DNA of 57,625 nucleotides, the filler included, from Candidatus Eiseniibacteriota bacterium (GTDB lineage: Bacteria; Orphanbacterota; Orphanbacteria; Orphanbacterales; Orphanbacteraceae): NCBI GenBank assembly GCA_043809585.1. It is 3 parts of 3 records of this genome, joined end to end, with 100 filler letters (N's around TTAATTAATTAA, not from the genome) between each part and the next. Parts side by side here need not be neighbours in the genome. Positions count along the whole stretch, not along the records: positions 1 to 22,800 come from JBDROZ010000112.1; 2 more parts are not named here. The stretch is one strand, 5' to 3'. A program made the position numbers and the translations under genes. The first letter of the stretch is position 1; the number at the start of each line of letters is the position of its first letter. The notes under the pieces were generated by a model that saw only the letters and a list, made by a program, of their open reading frames with translations, was not told the origin of the DNA and did no database searches. This document shows, in pieces, positions 1 to 7,431 of the stretch.

Positions 1-155
1 CTGTGATCTCGGATCGCCGCCTGCGAAGCCACCTTTCCGTCGCCGCCTCCTCGACGTAGTGCATGACTACGCCTCCGGTGGCGGCTCGTCCAAGTCGGCT
101 TCTCGTCAGGCGATCCGAGCCCTCGTGACGGAGATTCATGCATAATCCAGGCTAG
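1..155. mobile_element. MITE/REP-like hairpin element, left end outside the window, right end at CTAG
   Basis: 32-155 is the exact reverse complement of 57500-57623. Internal arms CTCGGATCGCC/GGCGATCCGAG flank a central CGTAGT-GCATG-ACTACG hairpin. The terminus GAGATTCATGCATAATCCAGGCTAG resembles that of the 14717-14909 element. Confidence 0.75.
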
Positions 156-161
156 GTAAAC

Positions 162-334
162 AGCCTTTATCTCACAAGACAGCAGCCTCAATCTCGGTGG
201 GCGGGAGCCAGGGGTCAGGGCTGGCTTGCTCAAACAGTCCTCGCGCGCCGGCCCACGAATCGTGGCGTCCCGCCACACAGGATCCGGCCGGCGCGCTGCG
301 GAACTCGCCGCTCAGCCCTGATCCCCTGGCTCCC
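162..334. repeat. Dispersed hairpin repeat, partial second copy at about 49113-49205
   Basis: GGGAGCCAGGGGTCAGGGCTG (203-223) pairs with CAGCCCTGATCCCCTGGCTCCC (313-334), with inner arms GCGCGCCGGCC/GGCCGGCGCGC. About 162-253 aligns by eye with 49113-49205. Confidence 0.65.
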
Positions 335-400
335 GATTCGGCCCGGTACGTGTGTGCGTAATAGGTGACTGACACCATTTAATTTAGACTCCTCCCCTCC

Positions 401-429
401 TTGCCCCGCCCGTTCCGTCCCGCTAGAAT
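401..429 (+). promoter_or_regulatory. Putative sigma70 promoter of the B3/4 gene
   Basis: TTGCCC-17 nt-TAGAAT, with a GGAGG RBS before ATG 463. Confidence 0.45.
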
Positions 430-462
430 CGTGTCGCGTGCTCACCCACGGGGAGGAACGTC

Positions 463-1131
463 ATGGAGATGAAGATCGAATTGGCCGTGGAGAACGCCGA
501 CCTGATCCTCGGGATCGTCGAGGCCGATGGGGTAGTCGTCGGCGAGTCGGCGGGGGAGTTCCGGAAGGAGATGGAAGGGCTCGTCGCGAAACGGGCGGGG
601 GAGGACTTCCCGGCGGAGGAGAGAAGGACGGCGATCCGAAAGCTGCTCCGGGCGGGGGGATTCAAGGCGGCGGGGCGGAACAAGCCGGCGAGCGAGTATC
701 TCGCGGGGCGGGCGAAGGCGGGGGAGTACCCCTTTCATTCGAACCTGGTCGACATCTGCAACCATGTCTCCCTCACGTCCGGCCTCCCGATCTCGATCCT
801 CGATCTCGACCTCGCGCTCGGTGATGATGCCGGGCTCGTCATCCGTCTCGGCGGCGAAAAGGAGTCGTACGTCTTCAACCCGTCGGGGCAGGAGATCGAT
901 ATCACGGGGCTGGTTTGCGTCGCCCGGGCGGAGGGCGAAGCCCTCGGGAGTCCGGTGAAGGACTCGATGCGTACGAAGGTGCACGCGGGGACGAGGAGGG
1001 TGGTGGCGGTGATCTACGGGAGCAAAGTGACGGTGGGCGGGGAGGAGATGAGGGGGTATGTGGAGGCGTTCGGGGAGCTGTTGAAGAAGTACGCGGGGGC
1101 GGAGAGGGTGGAGACGAGGGTAATCGACTAG
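463..1131 (+). CDS. Stand-alone B3/B4 domain protein (PheRS-beta editing-like)
   Basis: Motifs GRNKPASEYL and NLVDICNHVSLTSGLPISILDLD are typical of B3/4 proteins; GGAGG RBS. Confidence 0.8.
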   Translation: MEMKIELAVENADLILGIVEADGVVVGESAGEFRKEMEGLVAKRAGEDFPAEERRTAIRKLLRAGGFKAAGRNKPASEYLAGRAKAGEYPFHSNLVDICNHVSLTSGLPISILDLDLALGDDAGLVIRLGGEKESYVFNPSGQEIDITGLVCVARAEGEALGSPVKDSMRTKVHAGTRRVVAVIYGSKVTVGGEEMRGYVEAFGELLKKYAGAERVETRVID

Positions 1132-1164
1132 AGAATGATCATAGGGAAGAGCGGGTCCTGTGGC

Positions 1165-1437
1165 CCTCGTACGGGCGGGTCCTGTCGCCGGCCGCCCGCT
1201 GCAGTGCTCGGCAGTCGCGCCAAGGGTGCCTTGGATTGCTGGGCGTGAACCGCACGTTCCGCTTTCGCTTTGGCTTTGGCTGGTCGGGATCTGGCGCTTG
1301 GTGCCTGCGCTCCTCGCGGGCCCCCGCCGGCGCCACCCACCCGTGGTTGCGAATGATCACCAAGGACTGCCGAGAATCTCCCCCCCGTTCGTCCTGAGTG
1401 CCGCCGAGCAGAGCGAGGCGGTGTATCGAAGGGCGGA
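1165..1437. repeat. REP-like repeat cluster, inverted mirror of 2791-3076
   Basis: 1181-1210 is the reverse complement of 2979-3008, 1305-1374 approximates the reverse complement of 2904-2973, and 1385-1437 approximates the reverse complement of 2791-2835. Confidence 0.75.
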
Positions 1438-1580
1438 CAGGGGGAACGCCGAGAGATCTCCCTTCGCCCACCTGGGGGGAAGGAATGACGTCCGCCTACT
1501 TGGGCCTCGCAGAAGAGCGACGCATTTACCGCGCGCTGGCTCGGACAGCCAATCCGGTATTTTGCGGCTGGATGTCGGTC

Positions 1581-2723
1581 CTAACGGAAAAGCTTCTTCA
1601 CAGAGCCCCACGACGCCGGCTCTGTGGATGTCGGTTCGGCGCACCCTTCCCCCAAATCGCCGATCAATCCGCAGCCGGGAGCATCGAGACACGGGGACGT
1701 GTTCATCAAGGTGTAATCTCCGAGGATCGTCGGCGCGTTCTCGCAAGATTCGGGGTCACAGAACTGGGGGTTTTCGAACGTGCTACTAGAATCCCAGGTA
1801 ATGGAGGCATTCCCCTCGATTCCCATCGAATCGACAGCGGAACATGTCACAGCAACCGAGTTCTCGGGCCCCCAGAAGTACAGCTCATCTCCCTCATAGG
1901 TGGCGCAATTCCCCCAGACAATCGACCGGTGGATCGTCAGTTCCACCCAGTACCCCTCGATGCCCCCTCCGGATCCTCCTTGGTTACCAGCAACGGTACA
2001 ATCTTCAAGCGTCGCTGTCGACATGCCTTCCAATCTCAAACCGCCCCCGTCCCAAGCGCTGTTCCCCACGATCAGACACCCGTGGATGAGGGGTGACGAT
2101 AAAACATCGACGCCAATACCCCCTCCCGCAACCGCGCTGTTGCCACTGATCACACAATGCTCGATCACGACCCCCGTCGACGAACCCGTATAGATCCCCC
2201 CGCCTAATCCAGCGCTCGGATAGTTCGCGTGGTTGTCCCTGATCACACATTCCCGAATCGTGGGCGCGGCGGCAGCATCCATCGCGATTCCCCCACCCCA
2301 ACCCGAAACATTGCCTACGATGTCACATCGCTCGATCACGACCCGGCTCCCGTAGTTGCACCCGATGCCGCCCGCGCTCCCTCCGCTGGTATCACCTCCG
2401 GTAATTCTGAGTCCCCTTACGATCCCCGTCTCGTCGACATAGCCGCACTCGAGCACTCGACCCATGGACTGCCCGTCGATGGTCGCACATTCAGGGCTTC
2501 CAGTGACGCTCTGCAGATAGATTCCGGACTTCATCTGAACATTGTGCTCATAGTAGGTGCCGCAGCCGAGAGACACCGTGTCCCCCACGCTTGCCGAGTC
2601 GATTCCCGCCTGAATCGTCGGCGCGTCACCCGATCCGTCAGGGAGGATGTACCAGGTTGTCGAGGTTGCCGGAGTCCACGCCAGTATGAGTAGGGCGACG
2701 GCAGAAAGAACGGTGCGGTACAT
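1581..2723 (-). CDS. Secreted right-handed parallel beta-helix repeat protein with C-terminal SWGSVKKLFR tail
   Basis: Signal peptide, PDGSGDAPTIQAGID N-cap, repeated GN(S/H)AxxGGG(I/L) units, C-terminus TEPASWGSVKKLFR. Confidence 0.85.
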   Translation of the reverse strand: MYRTVLSAVALLILAWTPATSTTWYILPDGSGDAPTIQAGIDSASVGDTVSLGCGTYYEHNVQMKSGIYLQSVTGSPECATIDGQSMGRVLECGYVDETGIVRGLRITGGDTSGGSAGGIGCNYGSRVVIERCDIVGNVSGWGGGIAMDAAAAPTIRECVIRDNHANYPSAGLGGGIYTGSSTGVVIEHCVISGNSAVAGGGIGVDVLSSPLIHGCLIVGNSAWDGGGLRLEGMSTATLEDCTVAGNQGGSGGGIEGYWVELTIHRSIVWGNCATYEGDELYFWGPENSVAVTCSAVDSMGIEGNASITWDSSSTFENPQFCDPESCENAPTILGDYTLMNTSPCLDAPGCGLIGDLGEGCAEPTSTEPASWGSVKKLFR

Positions 2724-2790
2724 TTCGGCACCTCGGGTTCAGGCGTTACGTCTCAAGTATATCACAAGTCAGACCGGACGCCGCTCCTTG

Positions 2791-3076
2791 GTCCGCCCTT
2801 CGATACGGCCCTTCGGGCCTACTCAGGACGAACGGAGAATCGGATTTCCTGGATCCCCGCTTCCGCGGGGATGACATCTATATGCCTTCCTTGGCCAGTT
2901 CCCCTCGGCAGTCCTTGCTGATCGTTCTGACCCACGGGCGGGTGGCGCCGGCGGGGGCCCGCGAGGAGCGCAGCGAAGCGAGCACTGCAGCGGGCGGCCG
3001 GCGACAGGCCCCGACCGTCCGAGGACGCCCGTCGCCTCCTTCGATACGGCCCTTCGGGCCTACTCAGGACGAACGG
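2791..3076. repeat. REP-like repeat cluster
   Basis: CCTTCGATACGGCCCTTCGGGCCTACTCAGGACGAACGG occurs twice (about 2797-2835 and 3038-3076) with an inverted relative at about 21283-21318. Palindrome GGATCCCCGCTTCCGCGGGGATGAC lies at 2851-2875. Confidence 0.75.
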
Positions 3077-3127
3077 GTTTCTCCGACCCTCGCCCGGCTC
3101 CCACCCCCGCCGCCCCCCCCTTTTCCC

Positions 3128-3156
3128 TTGCGCGCCCGGCCCTTCCCTCCTATCAT
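3128..3156 (+). promoter_or_regulatory. Putative sigma70 promoter of the metK leader
   Basis: TTGCGC-17 nt-TATCAT ending 7 nt before the riboswitch P1. Confidence 0.55.
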
Positions 3157-3163
3157 ACGGACA

Positions 3164-3292
3164 GCATCAAGAGAGGCGAGAAGGCCGACAGGTCTCGCCC
3201 GGCAACCGGTTGCGACGGCACGGTGCCCTGGCCAGCCCGATCGGGAACGATGCGGCTTCGACCAATCGAACCGTTTCGAGGCAATGCGTCGC
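3164..3292 (+). ncRNA. SAM riboswitch (SAM-I clan, SAM-I/IV-like)
   Basis: P1 GCATC/GATGC, ATCAAGAG, P2 GGCGAGA/TCTCGCC, P3 GGCAACC...ACGGTGCC, P4 CCCG-AT-CGGG; located upstream of metK. Confidence 0.85.
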
Positions 3293-3437
3293 CCGGCCCT
3301 TTCCGAGGGCCGGAAGACCGCCCGGTACCATCCGTTCCGTATCCCCCCTGCCGGGAAGACCCCTCCATCGCCCATCGGAACCGTAGCGCCCGTCCCGCGG
3401 CCCGCGCCCCTGACGGCGACCCTTGGAGGACCAGAGC

Positions 3438-4529
3438 ATGTCGTACGTATTCACCTCGGAATCGGTGACCGAGGGGCACCCGGACAAGGTCTGCGATTTC
3501 ATCTCCGATTCCCTTCTCGACGCCTACGTCGCCGGAGACCCCGACAGCCATGTGGCCGTCGAGACTCTCGTCAAGGGGGGGGTCGTCGTCCTCGGCGGCG
3601 AGGTCACTTCCGATCACACGATCGACCGGGAAGCGATCATCCGGGAGGCGATCCGGAAGGTCGGCTACACCGACCCGAACGAGCCCTTCAACGCCGCCGG
3701 CGTCTCGATCTGCCAGTACATCAGCAAGCAGTCCCAGGAGATCGGAAACAAGGTCGACCGGAACGGCGATCAGGGGGCGGGGGATCAGGGCATCATGTTC
3801 GGCTTCGCCTCCCGCGAGACCGACTGCCTCATGCCCCTCCCGATCCACCTCGCCCACCGCCTCTCCCAGGGCCTCGCCGAAGACCGGAAGAACTGCAAGC
3901 ACAAATGGCTCCGTCCCGACGGCAAGACCCAGGTCTCGGTCCTCTACGAAGACCATGTCCCGAAAGAGGTGACGACGGTCGTCGTCTCGACGAGCCACGA
4001 TGGGGATTTCTGCCTCGACGCGATCAAGGATTACGTGGAGAGCGACCTCTGCCCCCGCATCCTCGGCGGCTGGTACCACAAGGGCATCGACGTCCACGCC
4101 AATCCGGGGGGCAGCTTCATCCTCGGCGGCCCCTCGGCGGACGCGGGCGTGACGGGCCGGAAGATCATCTGCGACACCTACGGCGGAATGGGACGGCACG
4201 GCGGCGGCGCCTTCAGCGGCAAGGACCCCTCCAAGGTCGACCGGAGCGCGGCCTACTTCTGCCGGTTCGTGGCGCGCCATGTGATCAAGGAGAAGCTGGC
4301 CGAGTGGGTCGAGATCCAGGTCTCCTACGCCATCGGCGAGACGCAGCCGATCTCGGTGAAGGTGGACACCTTCGGCACCGGCGACGAGGCGAAGGTGGCG
4401 TCCTTCGTGAAGGGGTTCGACTTCGGCCCGAAGGCGATCATCGAGAGGCTCGATCTCTTGAAGCCGATCTACGCAAGCACGGTCAACTATGGTCATTTCG
4501 GACGTCCCGGCTTCTCGTGGGAGGCATGA
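3438..4529 (+). CDS. metK: S-adenosylmethionine synthetase
   Basis: FTSESVTEGHPDK, GAGDQG, GRKII, GGGAFSGKDPSKVDRS and YGHFGR motifs. Confidence 0.97.
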   Translation: MSYVFTSESVTEGHPDKVCDFISDSLLDAYVAGDPDSHVAVETLVKGGVVVLGGEVTSDHTIDREAIIREAIRKVGYTDPNEPFNAAGVSICQYISKQSQEIGNKVDRNGDQGAGDQGIMFGFASRETDCLMPLPIHLAHRLSQGLAEDRKNCKHKWLRPDGKTQVSVLYEDHVPKEVTTVVVSTSHDGDFCLDAIKDYVESDLCPRILGGWYHKGIDVHANPGGSFILGGPSADAGVTGRKIICDTYGGMGRHGGGAFSGKDPSKVDRSAAYFCRFVARHVIKEKLAEWVEIQVSYAIGETQPISVKVDTFGTGDEAKVASFVKGFDFGPKAIIERLDLLKPIYASTVNYGHFGRPGFSWEA

Positions 4530-5827
4530 GCATGTTTCACCGAGATCATCAGTTATTGAAACAATTGGTGTTGTCAGGCGTGGCCGCCTTGTTGATCGCC
4601 GGGTGCGGCGGGAAGAAGGACGAGGGCGCGGCCGGCGGATCGGCGGCTCGGGAGAGCGCGGCTGCCGTGCACCCGGCGGCGCCGGGGGCGACGATCTACC
4701 TCGCCGAGGCCCAGTTCATCCGCCAGACCGGCACCGACGGCAAGACGCGCTCCGTGCCCGGACCCGCCCGCCTCGCGATATGGACGAAGGGGGAAGGGGG
4801 CTGGACCGAGGAGGTCATCGAAGACCCGGAGAGCAACGTCTTTCACAAGGCGATGTGGTACGCCCCCCCCACCGGTGAGCCCGGGATCCTGACCATCGGG
4901 GCGACGGAAGCCCACCTGAAGGTCTGGCGGAAGCAGGGCGGGACGTGGGAGGCTGAAGAGATCTGGCATCCGACCTTCGGCGGCAAGTGGGACCGCCTCC
5001 GGGACGTCGAAGTGGGCGACGTGGACGGCGACGGCGTGGACGACATCGCCATAGCGACCCACGACGTCGGCGTGATCGCCGTGGTCTCCTGGAAGGACGG
5101 CGCCTGGAGGGTGACGGAGCTCGACCGCCGGGACGAGACCTTCGTGCACGAGGTCGAGGTGGGGGACGTGGACGGCGACGGCGTCGCCGAGATCTTCACA
5201 ACGCCGAGCAAGCCGAACAAGCTCGACGGCACGCCCCAGCCGGGCGAGATCGACATGTTCGATTTCGAAGACGGGAAGTGGAGCCGGAAGCCGGTGGACG
5301 TGATGGCCGACCGCCACTCGAAGGAGATCCTCTGCGTCACCCTGACCGGCGAGACGAGGCCGGTGCTCTTCACCGCCCTCGAAGGGACCCATCTCGGCGG
5401 CGACGGGAGCGAGCAGGGAGACAACACGCGAATCCGCCTCTACCGCTTCGACGGCGGCGAAATCACCCAGACCGACATCGCGGGCCTGCCCGGGAACCTC
5501 TGCCGCTTCCTCACCTACGGCGACACGGACGGTGACGGCGTGAAGGAGCTGATCGCGTCGACGAAGAGCAACGGCATATGGAAACTGACGCCCGGTGCGG
5601 CGGGAGAGGAGTGGAAGAGCTCCCTCATCGCCGCCGGCACGTCCGGCTTCGAGCACGCCACGTGTCTCGCCGATTTCGACGGCGACGGGAAGGACGAGAT
5701 CTACGTCGCCTCCGACGATCAGGGAGAACTGCGTTGCTACTGGTATGACGGGAACGAGTACCGGATGTACGTGATCGGCGATCTGAAGGTGAAGCCGATC
5801 ACCTTCAACATCGCGACCCGCAGGTAG
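4526..5827 (+). CDS. FG-GAP/VCBS-repeat lipoprotein
   Basis: Lipobox LIAGC, four (G/A)DxDGDGxxE/D calcium-binding repeats, ATGA overlap with the metK stop. Confidence 0.8.
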   Translation: MSMFHRDHQLLKQLVLSGVAALLIAGCGGKKDEGAAGGSAARESAAAVHPAAPGATIYLAEAQFIRQTGTDGKTRSVPGPARLAIWTKGEGGWTEEVIEDPESNVFHKAMWYAPPTGEPGILTIGATEAHLKVWRKQGGTWEAEEIWHPTFGGKWDRLRDVEVGDVDGDGVDDIAIATHDVGVIAVVSWKDGAWRVTELDRRDETFVHEVEVGDVDGDGVAEIFTTPSKPNKLDGTPQPGEIDMFDFEDGKWSRKPVDVMADRHSKEILCVTLTGETRPVLFTALEGTHLGGDGSEQGDNTRIRLYRFDGGEITQTDIAGLPGNLCRFLTYGDTDGDGVKELIASTKSNGIWKLTPGAAGEEWKSSLIAAGTSGFEHATCLADFDGDGKDEIYVASDDQGELRCYWYDGNEYRMYVIGDLKVKPITFNIATRR

Positions 5828-5916
5828 AGAGAGAGCGGGGAGGGGGGGAAAAGCGGGCGGGGAAGCGCCGACGACCGGAACCGGTCGAAGATCGACGTTC
5901 CGACCCGTCCGTCCTC

Positions 5917-7293
5917 TTACGCCGACGGGTCCATCAGGCGGCCGAGGAAGAGGACCGCCCCCGTGCTCCGGTCGCGGATCAGAAACAGGAACGGCCGGTC
6001 CGCGGTGAACGTCTCCGACGGAGTGGGCAGAGCCGTATCGTTCATGACCACCGCCGTCGCCGCCGCCGCTTCCACGCCCTTCTCGTTCAGGTCGATGAAG
6101 GTCTTGTGGTACGCCTCGTCGATGGCGAGCCCGCCCGTGCTCCTCATGCCGGTGAAATCGGCGGCCGACGTGAAGGGGACGACCATTCCCATCGCCGTCA
6201 GCGTCTCCTTCAAGCGGAATTCGCTTTCGAAGGTGAACTTCGGGAGCGTGACGTCGACGCCGGCCGGGGCGAGACCGTCCACGATGCCGGCGAGAGCCTC
6301 CCCGTCCAGGCCCTCGGCGAAACCGTCGAACCCCCCCTCGTCCGGGAGCAGGAAGAGCGCCGCGAGCTCCTTCCCCCGGAAGTCCATCTCCAGGGCTCGG
6401 TAACCTTCCCCTTCGGCGTACCGGAACTCCTCGGAGATCCGCATCATCTCTGCGCCCACCGCGATTCCGTCGGCGCGCCGGAACGTCCCGGCCCCGGTCC
6501 GGTTCTCGTCGAAGGGCGCGCTCCAGGGCGCCTTGAAGTAGAGGGCGTTCACGAGAACCGCCGCCGTGTTCGCCGTGATCGAACCTTCGGGAAGGAGATC
6601 GCGGATGCGGTCCCGGGTCCGTTCCTCCACCCACCCGTTGATGACGGATCGGGACTCGTCCGGCCTGTTCGTGAAGTCGAGGGTCTCCACGCCGGAACCG
6701 TAGTTCTCGGCGAGCAGATCGAGATACTCCGCGAGAAACTCCTCTCCGCTCCGGCCCCAGAACGAGTTGGCGAGGAAGAGATCCACCGGATCCTCCCCCT
6801 CCGGGCCCTCCGGCAGGATGCGGGCGGCGAGGGCGAGATCGAGAGCGTTGAAGACATCGTGCAGGGCGTCTTCGTCGAAGCCGTCGTAGCGGAGCGCGGC
6901 GGCCATCTCTTCGGCCGTCGTCCCCTTCGCCCCGCCGTACACCATGGCGAAGGCGACCCGGATGCCGAGAGGCGAAACGAGAAGATTCCCCTCCGAACCG
7001 AAACGGCCGAACAGGTCGAAGGCGAAATCCGCTCCCCCCCGGGTCAGGAGGGAGATCTCCCCCTCCGTCGCCGACGGTGCCGTGTTCCGCGGGGAATCGG
7101 ACCTGTGCGTCACGTGTCCCCCATCGTCCGGCGCGGGCTCGTTGGAGGAGTCGGAGCAGGCGGCGAACAGGGCGGCGGCGATGAGCGGGAGGGCCACCCT
7201 CCGGGTCGAAATCGCGGGAGGTCTCGGTTGAGGGATCACGGGCGGCCTCCTTTCCTCGAAAGGGCTTGTCTTCGACCATGTTATCAGCTTCAT
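5917..7293 (-). CDS. Serpin family lipoprotein (start uncertain)
   Basis: NLLVSPLGI, INGWVEERT, LVNALYFKAPW, hinge EKGVEAAAATA, ADRPFLFLIRD; lipobox FAAC. Confidence 0.93.
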   Translation of the reverse strand: MKLITWSKTSPFEERRPPVIPQPRPPAISTRRVALPLIAAALFAACSDSSNEPAPDDGGHVTHRSDSPRNTAPSATEGEISLLTRGGADFAFDLFGRFGSEGNLLVSPLGIRVAFAMVYGGAKGTTAEEMAAALRYDGFDEDALHDVFNALDLALAARILPEGPEGEDPVDLFLANSFWGRSGEEFLAEYLDLLAENYGSGVETLDFTNRPDESRSVINGWVEERTRDRIRDLLPEGSITANTAAVLVNALYFKAPWSAPFDENRTGAGTFRRADGIAVGAEMMRISEEFRYAEGEGYRALEMDFRGKELAALFLLPDEGGFDGFAEGLDGEALAGIVDGLAPAGVDVTLPKFTFESEFRLKETLTAMGMVVPFTSAADFTGMRSTGGLAIDEAYHKTFIDLNEKGVEAAAATAVVMNDTALPTPSETFTADRPFLFLIRDRSTGAVLFLGRLMDPSA

Positions 7294-7431
7294 GGAGCGG
7301 GGCCAAGGGGGTCGATTCGAGAGATCTCAAGCCAAATAACTCGTTGGCCGATAGGAGGATGGAGGCCGACGCCCCTCCCGTACCGTAGGCGGAGGCCGGC
7401 GGCGCGCACGATTCCTCCGGAAGGAACGAAG

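Noticed and set aside
2882..4525. N-terminal 548 aa of the 981-aa ORF
   Set aside because: Overlaps the REPs, the riboswitch and metK; the real gene starts near 4526.
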